A stretch of DNA of 64,000 nucleotides from Podarcis melisellensis (Eukaryota): NCBI GenBank assembly GCA_964234715.1, contig OZ174291.1. The stretch is one strand, 5' to 3'. The notes under the pieces were generated by a model. That model had not been told where the DNA came from. It saw nothing but the letters and a program-made list of their open reading frames with translations, and did no database searches. This document shows, one piece after another, positions 40,101 through 52,600 of the stretch. Made by a program: the position numbers and the translations under genes. Positions within the stretch are counted from its first letter, which is position 1; every line of letters begins with the position of its first letter.

Positions 40101-42857
40101 AACAAAGATGTTTGCAGCAGGCGCAGGAAGGCCCCTGCCTACATAGGCAGGGAGTTCCAAAGTGTGGATGGTGTTGCAGTAAAAGATCGATTTCTTACAA
40201 ATGCGGTATTATGTAGTACCTGTAAAAATGCCAGTTCTGCAGACTGTAGGAATTGCATGAACATATATGGGGTAAGGCGATCTCACAGCTAAATCAGTCC
40301 CAAGTCGTTAAGGACTTTGTCTACCAATAGCAACACCTTGCAACCAGATCCAAAAAGCAGCATTCAAGAAATAATTCTCAATTTCCACATCTCATCTCTT
40401 CCAGATTTAAGAGAGCCCTCTGCAGTCGCCTTTCCAGCATCTCCCCAACCAGAATATACAGAAACTTTACAAGCACCCCCTTGGTTGCTTCTAAAACTGA
40501 TCTTTGCTTTTGCTCTCTCTCTTTGGTCAATAACTATGCCACACATACACACACACCCGCTGCAAAAGCACTCAGCAGGAGTCTCTGAGCCAACAGATAA
40601 CAGGCATCAGGTCCTCAGAACAGATCACGCCTTTATTAAAAGCTTTTAAAGCCCAGTGCAAGATGGACCTGTTTGGGTAGCTTGAAATGGATAGATCAGG
40701 GCATGGGGCACCCTGCCAGCTCACCGCTCATTAAATCCCAGGGTGTGGTTTAAAAGAACACAGAAACATGATTCTGCCTGCCTTTACACCTCCTCCTGAC
40801 AATCATTTTGTCAAGAAGAAACAGAGTATAAAATTCAGGGCTGTACATACTAAGCAACAGCCAAGACAGACCTGTTGCGTCTGCAATTCCAGCTTGCGAA
40901 GGAAATTAGCAAGAGACAGCTTGGGAAGAAAACAGTACATTTTGGTGCCAACACCACACACCAGGAGACCTAGGCCTAAAGAAGGAGGAATAGCAAAGCA
41001 ATCTACTCCTCCAAACCTCTCCCAAGGCCAACCCTTCGAGAATTAAATATATTTGTGCACATACCAGCACAGGGAAGAACGAAAGGAACAGCAAGTCTAA
41101 CTTTCAAACCATGATTCAACAAGGAAATAAATTCTCTCTTTTTGGAAGCACGCAGGGCAACCACCATTTTAAGGCTTCAGCGACCAAGAGAGAAAAACCG
41201 AAACACCTTTGGAAGTTTACAATTGAAGTTCTACGAACTCACATGGCATCACTATCTAAACACGAACTCAGCTCTGTGTAATCTATCCATCCATTTATCT
41301 GAAGCCAAAAAAGAAATGGGCGATTGTGTGAGTAAATTTAGCTGAATTGATATTAAAAAGGTACAGTTTCTATAGACTCAAAAAGCAAATAACTTTCAGA
41401 ACAAAAGATAAAGGACCACAGAAAGGCAGAAATCCAGGAAGATATACAACAAAGAGTCTAGTGCTTTTTTAAAAAATTGGCCGTTTTATTACAGTGTAGA
41501 GGTTTTTGTGGACTTGGGAGCACTTTATCAGATGCCTAGAGCGTGACCCTCTGTTATTAGGACATAGGTTGAAGGGAAAAAGCAGTCAAAGGTTCACCTA
41601 ATGTTTACTCAGGATTGCTAATATGATGTTGGGATGATCAGCTACTGCTGCCCTAAAGGGTCCTTCTGCCTGCATTTAAGCGCTCATTGAATTGTCACAA
41701 ACTGTATTTTTATATTCCACTGCTATTTAAATCCAACATTTATTTTTCTCCTCTTTACATCTGTACATCTGAGGATCACACACCATGCACTGAGGTGAAC
41801 CGTGGTCCCCAAAAGCTAAGCACCATTATAAAAGGTGTGACTCTAAGGTGCCACAAATCTCTTGGGGCAGACCTACAACATCATACATTTAAAGCACATG
41901 GTATCCCCCAAACAATTCTGGGATCTGTAGTTTCCATCTCCTGGAACCACAGTCTCCAGCACCCTGAACAAACTGCAGTTCCCAGGATCCTTTGCTTGCA
42001 CTGCTACAAACACACACACCTATCCCTCTGGAGAAGATAACGGAAAGAAAGGTCACACTGTGTATTTAACAAAACTGCACAGGCTTCTTTCCAACCTACA
42101 AAAGGGGATTCACACAGATGCTTTAAATACAATTTCCCTGTTTCAGGCTGCAAACTGAGGTGTGCATACTTTGTTGAGAGAGCATCCCTCCCCCCCTCCT
42201 GTTTTAACTTTATGGCTCTTACTCCTGAGTAAACAATCAGAGAAGATGGCTGGCTGGCACAACCTGCAACGAACCATGGTGGGGGGAAATAAGCACTTCT
42301 GGGAAATGTGGGGTGTTGGCTTGAGCCAGAGAGAGCCTGGCAGGAACTCTGCTTGCTTTCCCTTTCCAAGGTCTGCTCGATCTGTTACACAACCCACAGG
42401 CATGGTTTCTTTTGCAGGGGGAGGAAGGGGAGAGAAATAATTAATATTTAAGAAATTTCATCCATACAACCAAAGAGGTCACCAGCAAGGAAATGGCTAG
42501 GAGTGGAGAAAGAGGGAAATGGTCAGTGTAAGGACTAGAAAAACTATTTTTTAAAAAATAAGGAGTTTTGCCAGTTTCCCGGGTCCGATCTCCGCAGCGT
42601 CCCGAGAGCCGCTGCCAGTCAGTGTCGACAATATGGAGCGAGATGGACCCCGAGGTCTGGCTGCAAGTATAAGGCCGCTTCCTCTGGTCCTGAGCCCCAC
42701 CTGGGAGGCTGCCCCAAATCTCCTTGCAGCCCCACTCACCTGGGAAGTTCCTTCCAGCCCCCCCCCCAGCCCCTCCTGCACCCACTTCCTTTGCCTACTC
42801 ACACAGCCCGGCGCAGAAGCAGCCCCACCAAAGCCAGCCCATCGCCGCCACCGCCAT
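14602..42857 (-). CDS. F11R: Junctional adhesion molecule A, 292 aa; exons 42857-42803, 29297-29238, 27198-27091, 25840-25697, 23748-23546, 22365-22263, 19499-19392, 17739-17730, 16400-16349, 14637-14602
   Basis: Ten GT-AG exons splice in frame (879 nt). Product has a signal peptide, a V domain with RVEWKF, a C2 domain (VPPSKP...LTC...DGSPP...WFKD...NSSY), a TM segment ([11 protein letters not shown]...GVWFAYSRG) and the tail [13 protein letters not shown]|[11 protein letters not shown], which is diagnostic of JAM-A. Confidence 0.97.
15294..15921. mobile_element. hAT-type non-autonomous DNA transposon
   Basis: Ends CAGTGTTTCCCAAA...TTTGGAAACCACTG with an AT-rich interior. The TSD is degenerate. 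Confidence 0.55.
15986..16141. mobile_element. hAT MITE
   Basis: TIRs CAGGGGTTGTCAACC / GGTTGACTACCCCTG and 8-bp TSD CTCTAAAC/CTTTAAAC. Confidence 0.8.
16535..17140 (-). mobile_element. CR1 LINE 3' fragment
   Basis: Translates to CR1 RT C-terminus-like '[12 protein letters not shown]...LCSALVRP' and '[17 protein letters not shown]', followed by a typical CR1 3' end. Related pieces at ~30340-30545 (+) and ~56385-56810 (-). Confidence 0.8.
17830..19070. repeat. Cluster of a palindromic MITE-like dispersed repeat
   Basis: Recurring module CATGGCTTCCCCCAAAGAAT.CTGGGA.CTGTAGTTTGTTAAGGGTGCTGAGAGTT and its reverse complement. Also at ~17150-17330, 22640-22880, 25000-25230, 29330-29990, 36600-36940, 43190-43350 and 54850-55000. 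Confidence 0.7.
19683..20143 (-). mobile_element. L2-clade LINE 3' end with (AAT)n tail
   Basis: [31 protein letters not shown]...[15 protein letters not shown]...[10 protein letters not shown] is the L2 RT C-terminus, followed by a microsatellite tail. Confidence 0.88.
20760..21110 (+). mobile_element. Decayed L1-like LINE 3' fragment
   Basis: Broken translation '[14 protein letters not shown]...KLT' resembles the L1 ORF2 C-terminus seen at 24079-24306. Confidence 0.45.
21370..21969 (-). mobile_element. Solo LTR (600 bp) in F11R intron 6
   Basis: Termini TGTTACGG...CCGTAACA, perfect 4-bp TSD ACAT (21366-21369 and 21970-21973), and minus-strand AATAAA at 21500-21495. Confidence 0.85.
24020..24495 (+). 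mobile_element. L1-like LINE 3' fragment
   Basis: [15 protein letters not shown]...[21 protein letters not shown]...[12 protein letters not shown]. Same family at 52640-53000 (-) and 58108-58473 (-). Confidence 0.7.
24598..24765 (+). mobile_element. tRNA-derived SINE (second family)
   Basis: Head AGTTCAGTGGTAGAGCAT...TTCAATCCCCAGCA and body CCAGTCAGTGTAGACAATACTGAG. Copies at ~28440-28650, 58030-58610 and 58622-58800. Confidence 0.65.
26578..26620. repeat. (AAT)n microsatellite
   Basis: Pure AAT run. Another lies at ~28087-28137. Confidence 0.95.
29425..29768 (+). mobile_element. L2-clade LINE 3' end with (TTA)n tail, inserted in a MITE
   Basis: Highly similar to the reverse complement of 19727-20050. 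Flanked by the two halves of the palindromic MITE family. Confidence 0.85.
31679..32043 (-). mobile_element. Sauria SINE
   Basis: GGTAAAAAGGTAAAGG tail (ACCTTT repeats on the minus strand), core CCGGGTCACGTGGCCAGCATGACT and CGGTACCTATTTATCTACTTGC, and a tRNA-like head at the right end. Confidence 0.85.
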
Positions 42858-43030
42858 TGCCTCCTCCGCCGCACAAACCGACTGAGCAAGGCCGGAGCGC
42901 AGCGGCGCCCAGGTGAGCAGGAGCCCCTCCCGGATTGGCTGAGCGGGACGCCCCGCCCCGCCCGCACAGGTGAAGCGCTCCGCAAGGAAAGGCGCGCGGA
43001 GGGGGGCGTGGAAAAGACTCGCTCCGCCCT
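42580..43030 (-). promoter_or_regulatory. F11R CpG-island promoter with CCAAT box and GC boxes
   Basis: CpG-dense segment around exon 1. CCAAT on the minus strand at 42938-42934 and overlapping GGGCGG boxes at ~42950-42965. Confidence 0.8.
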
Positions 43031-43988
43031 CCTGGCCTCCTCCTTGGAGTTTGGAGGGGGGGGAGAGAGACATCTTTTCCACGCCCACCCCCAGCATCGT
43101 CAACTTGGGCTTTCCCGCCCTGCAAGGTAGCAAAGGAAATGCAGGATTCAACCCCCACCAGCTTTGGGGCAGCTCCACACCACGCCTGCAAAGTACATCC
43201 AACGCGCATTTGGAGCGCATGACTTCCTTCAAGCAATCCTGCGAGCTATAGTTTGTCCTGGGTGCTGGGAACTGTAGCTTAGCGAAGGGGAAGCTACAGT
43301 TCCCAGGATTATTTGGGAAACCTCGGGGGAGGGGCGGATTAAATGTGCAAAGGTGAGACAACTCTTTTTTTGTTTCCTTATTAAACTGACGTGGAAGAAG
43401 GTTTAAAAAATCTAGGCGCCCCGATTCTTCCCCAACCAGGAGCAAAAAATAAATTATGAAAATCTTTTCACCTAGCCCCAGTGTTTAGGATATTGCGTGC
43501 ATGTGCATTCATATTCAAGTGCAGTATATTCCAAAAGCTTGCTTTCATAGGTGTAGCCAGGATTTGGGGGGAGGGGAAGCAGGACACCCACCTGTCACCA
43601 TGTCTGGCTCTGTCTACCTGGTTTCGAATGACATATGTCAACAACAATGTAGATTTGTATTTTAATCAGTTTTCTGTTCAGTGGTGAAATTAATTTTTCG
43701 AAAGTTTGAAATGGTTGTTTATAGCTGTTTCTACCAATAATTTTTAATGCTTTATTCTTTTTGTAAAGCAGTCTGATGTTTTGTTTGTTACAATCAAGCG
43801 GTGTATGTATAAGTTTTATGAAATAAAATGAGTAACCACCAAACCAAAGGGAGGTGTTTTTTTAAAAATACTGGTCTACAGAAATCCATGATTTATATGC
43901 TGACTTTTCTAAAAGGTCTCTTTCCCAAATCTTTGAGATTGTAAGTATTTTAGGTTACCGGTAATAGCAAATTCAGCCAGGAGGACTA

Positions 43989-44578
43989 TAGTGGTACCTC
44001 AGGTTAAGTACTGGAGGTCCGTTCTTAACCTGAAACTGTTCTTAACCTGAAGCACCACTTTAGCTAATTGGGCCTCCTGCTGCTGCCGCGCCGCCGGAGC
44101 CCAATTTCTGTTCTCATCCTGAAGCAAAGTTCTTAACCTAAAGCACTATTTCTGGGTTAACAGAGTCTGTAACCTGAAGTGTATGTAAGCTGAAGCATAT
44201 GTAACCTGAGGTACCACTGTATTCAGGTTTGGAGCCTCACAGGTGTGGGAATCTTCACCCCTACTGCTGCCCGAATCTGGATTGGGGGTGAGGTGCCTGC
44301 TATTTGCATCAGAAAGACCACTCCAAAGGGACACAATTCCTCCACCATGGTACAGTGGTACCTCAGGTTACATACGCTTCAGGTTACATACTCCGCTAAC
44401 GCAGAAATAGTGCTTCAGGTTAAGAACTTTGCTTCAGGATGAGAACATAAATCGTGCTCCAGCAGCGCGGCAGCAGCAGGAGGCCCCATTAGCTAAAATG
44501 GTGCTTCAGGTTAAGAACAGTTTCAGGTTAAGTATGGACCTCCGGAACGAATTAAGTACTTAACCTGAGGTACCACTG
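43989..44578. mobile_element. Two Tigger-like MITE copies in inverted orientation (43989-44219 and 44353-44578)
   Basis: Each has (C)AGTGGTACCTCAGGTTA...TAACCTGAGGTACCACTG TIRs with TA flanks. The interiors are reverse complements of each other. Confidence 0.8.
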
Positions 44579-44651
44579 TATTCATGTTTTGCTTAAAATC
44601 CAATTTGGTGAAGAATTCTGAATTTGCTCTTGGAATCTATCAATCAGGATT

Positions 44652-44668
44652 TGCTGCCCTCTGGTGGC
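44652..44668 (-). promoter_or_regulatory. CTCF-like motif, reverse orientation
   Basis: TGCTGCCCTCTGGTGGC is the reverse complement of GCCACCAGAGGGCAGCA, identical to the cores at 10140 and 10191. Confidence 0.65.
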
Positions 44669-45254
44669 TACTGTCACACAGGCCACTGTGAAAAATGAAA
44701 CCGTGGGCCAAATCCGCAGCCCTCAGAGGTGGCGGCTCATTGCCGACCCCCTCTCTTCTTTTCTTTTTTTAACATTTGCTTATCAAGGTTTTCAAAGTAC
44801 TGACAAAACAAGATACTCCAGGGGTGCCTGCGCTCAACAGATTTTGCTTCCCCACTAGGGTTTCCAGGGAAGCTCCAAGACATAACTTTGAGTCTAACAC
44901 AGAGCAGACACGGCTCTGTATCCGCAGCTTCCAGCACCAACCCCCCAAACTCTCACACACAGTTCTTCCATACACAACCCCACCTAGGATGTTGTGCCAT
45001 CCTTGTCTCTATGGTAATCCCTTGCACATTTTATATTTGTTGGAAGTCACCCAGAGTGGCCAGCGCAACCCAGTCAGATAATAAAATTGTTGCTGCTAGT
45101 ATTATTAGTATTTTCATACTTAACTGGTCAGCTAAGGCCATTACCTTAACAAAGGGACTGGCTGGGCTGGTTTAACAGCCTGTTCTGCTAGATTCTAAAC
45201 CTTGCTGGATACAGGATCACAGACTTAGAAGGGATCCCTGGATAGCATCTAGAC

Positions 45255-45390
45255 CAGGCATCCCTAAACTCAGCCCTCCAGCTGTTTTAGGATTACATCT
45301 CCCATCATCCCTAGATAACAAGACCAGTGGTCAGGGATGATGGGAATTGTAGTCCCAAAACAGCTGGAGGGGCGAGTTTGGGGATGCCTG
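45255..45390. mobile_element. hAT MITE
   Basis: TIRs CAGGCATCCCTAAACT / AGTTTGGGGATGCCTG and perfect 8-bp TSD ATCTAGAC. Confidence 0.88.
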
Positions 45391-46661
45391 ATCTAGACTG
45401 ACCCCTCAAAAAAACACACCCTTTAACACTACTATGCCCTGAAGATCAGCTTGATTAGAAGAAGCTGGAGACAAAACAAAGCATACGTACATAAGATACA
45501 GCCCAATACCAGGTCAGATCACTGATACATCTAGCCCAATGTTCCCTACACTGACTGGTAGCAGCTTTCAACGGTTTCAGACAGGTATCATCTCCACCTC
45601 AAGATGCCAGGGGCTGAACATGGGACCTTTTGCATGCAAAACAGATGCTCTGTCCCTGAGCCATAGCCCTTCGAGGGGAGCTGGGTTAATCTGTGACACC
45701 ATGCCCACAAAAGAGCGGCCACTTTTATTCTGAGGAAACAGCCATACTGGTTTATGCCATGATAAATATGCTTTCAGGTGACATAAAATCTACCCCCTCC
45801 TGTGTTTTGCAGTTGCTGCAGACTAGCACCAACTATCCCTCCAGAACTGTTATCCTTTTCCAGCAGCATGACTGCAGGACCTAATACTCATTCTGCATTT
45901 GTAAGAAATTAGGGTTGCCATATTGCAAAACGTAAAAACCAAGACACCCCAAAAATGTTGAGATTTTTTTTTCTGCCTCTGAAATCCTGGTAATGTCTGG
46001 AAGGAACTGGACATATGCCAGCCCTATAAAAAAATCAAGTAGGAAAGTAAATTTTTAGCATGACAGCACTCAAACTTTGGAATCCCCTGTCTGCTGACAT
46101 CGGAAGAGTGCTGTCAAAATACTCTTTTCGGCCCCCCGATTAAAGCACTTTTGTTAAGGCCCAGATACATAGACTGCTGACATGCATTTTAACCTGTTTT
46201 TAGTTTGCTGCTGGTTTTCATTACTTTTTTTTGGAATGTTTCACATAGCTGTTTCTACTGATAATTCCGTTTTTTTCTTTCCGTAAACTGTATTAGAGAG
46301 CTGTTGGGGTTTTTTATTCAATCAAGTGGTATATAAAGGTTTTGAAATAACTAAATATAATCCTTTGGTCCTTTTTTTTAAAGTATCATGCCAGTGGTAT
46401 ACACCTAACTTAGGAAAAGAGGCCAATCCTTGCCCCAAGGAGCCTACATTTTAAATTCCTGTCAGATGCCGTTGGAGGGATAGCCCAGGCAGACTAAGCA
46501 AGTTTTGAGTCTCTGGCCAAAGAGGGATGGGCAAATAGAGAAGGGGGGGGGAGAGAGAAAAGGGATGAGTTGTGGGGGGAGGAGGGTGTTTCAAGGGTTT
46601 CAGGCTGGCAGAAGGCACCAAATGAGCTGCGCTGGTGGACTGAGCTGACCGCTGCAGAGCG

Positions 46662-49600
46662 ATGAGCCCTGGAAAGAAGGGCAGAGGCCGGCCCTGGCCC
46701 AGTGCTCTACCTGGCTGGTGGATTCTCCTTGGCTGCTTAACAGGTACCAGGCAACAGGATGGTGCAAAACAAGGGAGGTGTGTTTTTTCTTTCCAGGGGT
46801 TCAGGGGAAAGAGAAACAGCCTCACTGGGGGAACAAATCAAACTGGGCAGGCAGACCAAGTGGGGAATATTTTTGGGGTCCCCGTCCATTCTGCTTGGGT
46901 CAAGTACAAACCATTTAAAGCACTTTTAACAGGCACAGAGGGTGCTAAGAACTATAGGTCTGAAAGGTCAGACCCCCTTAACATACTCTGGTCCCCAGGA
47001 ATCTTAGGGGGAAGCCATGACAGCATGTTGTACTATTTCTCCTCCCCCCCACCCCCGGGTCTGTATTTTAATAGATTATTTTTTTTTACACTGTTGGAAT
47101 TATAGTTCCATTACTTTTCAGCTATAAGCTTTTATGTTTTTAGCTATGGGTGTTTAACGGTGTGGGTTCCCCACCCATGAGTTGCCTTGAGTCCTGGAGA
47201 AAAGGCAGGGCATAATTAAATTAATAAATAAATGCTTAAATGCAATATTGTGGAATAAGAGTGCTTAAAATAAATGGGGTGGTGGATATCACCCCAGTCT
47301 GCCTGTGTGCTTGCAGGTTTTACAGTGTTGGGGCTGGGGGCTGGCTTACAGCCAAGGTAGTCCTGATAGCATTTTCAAAAAATTTAAAAGGTGGCAGATT
47401 TGGTTCAGGGTCACAGTACTGAGAAAATTCAGGGTTAAGCCTTGACCCTATGGAAATCTTGCTTCTTCATCCATACCAATTAGCAGCTTGGGAGGGTGGG
47501 TACAGTCCCTATTGGGAAAACAGTAGAACAATAATGGTTTGTTAAAAAGGCCCATCTCTGCCACTGTGGCCCTAATCCAACCCACACCCCTTATTTTTAC
47601 CAACAGCATGGTCATGGAGAAACAACTGGTTGTTGTGACTGGTGGGGTTTTTCCTCACACACACTCAGAATCCATTTGTTGAAAGCTGTGAAGGTGCCAC
47701 ACACAGCTTAGAGCCTGTGTGGTGTAGTGGTTAAGAGCTGTGGACTCGTAATCTGGGGAACCTGGTTCGCTTCTCCGCTCCTCCACATGCAGCTGCTGGG
47801 TGACCTTGGACTACTCACACTTCTCTGAAGTCTCTCAGCCCCACTCACCTCACAGAGTTTTTGTTGTGGGGGAGGAAGGGAAAGGAGAATGTTAGCCGCT
47901 TTGAGACTCCTTTGGGTAGTGATAAAGCGGGATATCAAATCCAAACTACTCGTCCTCCTCCTCTTCTTCTTTTTCTGGGCCACCACAGAGAAGGCTCTCT
48001 CTGCTTGAGCCACCCCCACCCTCTGAGCATATGAGGGTGGTAGAACTACCAAGAGGGCCCCCTCTGCTGATTTCAGCACCCAGGAGGGTCTGTGGCGTTA
48101 GGTGGATAGGAAGTTGCACACGAGGAACTGGTATCTACTGCTATCTTTGCAAACAGGTTGCTCAGAGATGGGGGGGTAATAGAAGCTGCCTCAGCACCCA
48201 AAGGCTCTCACCGCTGTCTCTCAGGCACGTCCCATGACATCACCGGGTCCTTCTCAATTATCACCAATTACCTTGAGGAGATGTCACTGTTTCAGGCAGC
48301 TCCAATTAATTATCTAGCCTGAGAATTCAACCCGGGGACAGTTCCCATTCACTGCAATGCCTTCGCACTTTGCCTGGGGGAAGGAGAGGCAAAAAGAGAG
48401 AGGTCCCTTGGGAGTGGGACACACAGGCCCATTGTTCAGGAAAAAAGCTACCGCCCCTACCTCCCATCCAGCCGCTCAGTGCTCAGGCCTTTGGAGAAAG
48501 GAAGTGAAAAGGTCAGGAACAGAGCCTCCCGTGGCTCATTCCAACCCAGACTCCCCTTGGCACCATCTCTAGAGTGGGTCTTCAAGAGAAAGGAATGAGC
48601 TGTATCTGCCCTCTCCCCAAAAAAGCATTCTATTGCCCCCAAGGAGCTCCCCACTGTCATTTTTTAAAAATCTACTTTCATTTCCCCCCCACTGGCTTCG
48701 CCTGTGGGTCTTCCACTGTGATGCTACGATGCCAAAAGTTTGGGTTGTGTTTTTTTTGTCCCTAGTATGTCCAACAACATCTGGAAGACCAGAGGTGTCC
48801 CACTGCTGTCCCTTTATAACATCCAGTTATAGGCCTTGTCCCTAATAAGTCTCTTTTCTTGCAGGAACTAATGACTACTATATTGAGCCACGAGAAAAAA
48901 GGAGGGGAAAAGGCAGGGGAATAATAATCTGTAAATGTACAAAGTTGAGAGTGGTGTGAATTCCAGATCTTTAAACACAATATTTGCCAGCCAGATGTTC
49001 TTCCGATGTTGTTAGAACCGATGTTGTTAGAACCAGAATGACCATTAGCCCCGACCGGCATGCCCCAAACCCAAAGGGCACCAGGTTGGCGAAGGCTGCT
49101 TAATAGCTTTAAAAGAGCCTTGCTGAATCGTAAGAACGTAAGATGAAGGTGCTGGATCCAACCAACCACCCTTCCAGGCCAGCATCCTGTCCTTGCAGTG
49201 GGAAACTTTCAAGGAGGACCCGAGCATAGTCTCTTCATCATGGCTAGTAGCTATCGATGGCCTTCTCTGTTGGTTTGTCCCATCCTCTTTTAAAGCCATC
49301 TGAGTCAGTGACCATTGCTGCCTTCTTGTTCCAGGGAGTTCCACAGTTTAACAATGTGCTGCGTGTAGAAGGACTTTCTTTTGTTCGTCCGGAATCTTCC
49401 AATACTGTATTCAGCTTCATTGGATGTCCATGAGTTCAATTGTTAGGAGAGAGGGATAAATGTCAGATCAAGCCTTGTGTGGTCTAGCCTTCTATCCAAG
49501 ACATTCAAAAAGCCAGCAAGGCCCAGGGGCAGTGGAAAGGTCATTTCTGAGCATCCCTGACCCTCCTTCTCTCCCTCTCTCAGTCTCAGGGGCTGTGAAG

Positions 49601-52600
49601 GTCTCTGTGGTGGCTGATAGCATCCAGGTTGTGCAGGGAGGGAGTGCCCTCTTGCCGTGCTCTTTCCGCACCACAGCACCCTTGAACCACCTCAATATCA
49701 TATGGACCATCATTCCATCTGCGGACCCCAACCGCCCTCAGCAGGTGAGATCAAGCTGGGGGGAGGGTCTTTCCCCAACTCACCCCTTTTGGAATTTGCA
49801 GTGCTTCTGCTCTGAGGTTTCAGATGCCTGTGATATTTTTCTAACATACATCTTTGAGGGCAAAGACTTGAATCTCGCCATGATGGCCTGAGGCTGATGG
49901 TGGCCCTTGGAATATTAGAACTATATTTCTCATCGTGCCAAAAGGAGAGGCAGCGTCATCTAGTGGTTACAGCAGCACGTGCCAACCTGAAGCTGTCCAG
50001 ATGCTTGGGACCACAAGTTATTCCTAGCCAGTATTTTGCAGTATTTATGCATTCCTCCAAAGTAGGAGATACTCTGTCTCACAAACACATCTCATCTCCA
50101 GATAGCAGGATCAGTATCTCCAAGATGCTCTTCCAGCCTCTGGATTTCTCTCCCTGTTTCTGTCCCAAAACTGCCTTTTCCAACCTGAGACATTCAAATC
50201 ACTCTCCAGAGAAAAGGCCAACTGTTTCCTAACCATTAGGTCCCCTTTGATGAAAGATCTGCCAATCAGCCTTAGTAGGGTTGCCAGACCTGACCTGAAA
50301 TCTCCAGGTTTGCCTAGCCCCCTTCAGGTGGGACGGCTTGAATCTCCAGGTGGGCAACAGTGCCTTAAAAAAAAAACTTTTTAAATTATTCGGAAGACTA
50401 TGCATGCAGCTTGCAAGCTTCAGCTTGGCAGGAGCCAGCTGAAAATTACTGCATGGGCTCTCCAGGGTCTTCCCTCCTTGCCACTCCCAATTAACCTCCG
50501 TCTCCAGGGTTCAGTGGTGGGAGGGAGCGCAGAATCACCAGGTGCCACCCTAGCTCTCAGGTTTGGGCCATCAAATCTCAGGGTCTGGGATGCTCCTGAC
50601 CTAGCAATCCATTGACAAGCAACATCCTGAACAAAAGTCCTCTAACAGGTGCCCAAGAAAGCCAAGGCCCAGCATAACCAGAGAGTCTAGACTTTCACTC
50701 ACCTGCCCACCTTGAAACTGCCTCAATGTACTGTCCTCTTAACTTTACTCTCTTCTCTCGCTCTGAGCATCCTTGGCCTGTCATCTCACTTGACCTTCCT
50801 CTGCTCTGCAGATCCTTGCCTACGAGCAAGGCGAGGTGGTGGAGAGCATCTCCCACTACACAGGCCGGGTGGGCTTTGCTTTCTCGCCCACCAAGAGCGC
50901 CACCATCATCCTGAACGACACACGGAGCTCGGACAGCGGCAGGTACCAGTGCAGTGTGATGAACCCGCCAGATGCTGCCACGCCCAACATTGGAGTCATC
51001 CAGCTCACTGTGTTTGGTATGGCTGCTCCCACATCCTTACTCTCAGCTCCCTCACAAGCATGAGGCTAGGCTTGTCTCTTTCCATAATCAACAACAACAA
51101 CAACAACAACAACTGTATTATTTATACCCCGCCCATCTGGCTGGGTTTCCCCAGCCACTCTGGGCGCCTTACAGCACATTAAAAATGGTAAAACATCAGA
51201 CATTAAAATTTCCCCAATACAGGCCTGCCTTCAGGTGTCTTCTAAAAGTCTGATAGTTGTTTATTTCCTTGTCATCAGATAGGAAGGTGTTCCACAGGGT
51301 GGGCACCACTACTGAGAAGGCCCTCTGGCTGGTTCCCTGTAACTTCGCTTCTCACAGTGAGGGAACCGCCAGAAGGCCCTCAGATCTGGACCTCAGTATC
51401 CAATGATGGTGTTGGAGATTCTCCTTCAGGTATACTGGCCAAGGCACTTTAGGGCTTTCAAAATTAAAGAAGTAACAGGATAAAAATTTTTCCCAACCAA
51501 CCAAATTCAAAGAAAATTCTTATGGGACACCTGAGCTGTAAACCGTTAATACCAATTTATTATTTAATTTACTTGTCATTGCTAGAATTTGCTCAACTCC
51601 TCACTCCCAAATCACAGGTTGGTTAAGAAAAATAGGCAGATACTACAGCTCCTGATCAAGCCAGCATTTTCCTAGAAGTTATCAAAACGAACAAATCAAT
51701 TGAAAAATGGTAATGGCTGGTTCATGTTTAGATAACGAATTTCAAAACAAAAGCAAGCGATATGTGTGCCATCTGTAATATTACTTTGGGTTTTTATTCT
51801 GGTTAGCATATCAAACATTTGGTTTCATTACCTTTTATTTCTAAATATTGCTATGCTTCTACATCATCTTCATTTGGAACAACTTCATTATTGTCATCTT
51901 AAAAATATCTGCGTATTTAAAAAGCGACCATAAATATCCTCTCTCAAGAAATGGGGCTTGTGGGTCTGAACTGGACTTCCTCTTCTTCTGTGTCCCTTCC
52001 CCAGTGCCTCCTTCTCGTCCCAGGTGCTCCAGCGAGGGCGACGGCGAGGAGGGTGGAAGCCTCCAGTTCTCATGCACTGTGGATGAAGGGATGCCCACCC
52101 CCACATTCACCTGGGAGAAGATCCCACCTGATGCACAACCTCTGATGATGAGCTATGAAGGTACAGTAACAAAAACCGAGAGAGGCAGCGTTCAGCTTGA
52201 GACAGCTGCTGGTCCCAGTACGAATAGGGCAAGCTGCAAACTAGATGGGACGCCTTTTATTTGACTGACTGTTTGTGAGGGGGTGTTATATATTGTTGCA
52301 TTTACCCTAATGGCCAGGCTGCAAAACTCTCCAGTGCGTACCCAGGGTTCAGTTTCCTTGGAAAGAAGAGAGATGGTGGTATCTTTAAGCTGCATGGTTT
52401 TCTTCACACATATATGCAAACCCCATCGTAGGAGGGAGGGACTCGCAGCATCAACACCCCAACAAATCTTGCTTCCCCATTAGGTTTCCAGGGGAGCCCC
52501 CAAGGACAGCACAGAGCACATATTTCTGAGTCTCCAGCTTCCAGCATCAGCCCCAAACTCTTGCACACAGCTCTCTCAAACGCAGACCCTTTTTCTTGGT

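Noticed and set aside
32300-42400. Short ORFs in F11R intron 1
   Set aside because: No domain-like sequence or consistent splice phases. Mostly repeat fragments and ordinary intronic DNA.
42441-43445. Multiple long ORFs at the F11R 5' end
   Set aside because: CpG-island artefacts. Only 42857-42803 fits the spliced JAM-A signal peptide.
47711-47790. tRNA gene-like sequences here and at ~3155, ~22905 and ~24600
   Set aside because: They continue into SINE bodies and tails and do not show a complete cloverleaf.
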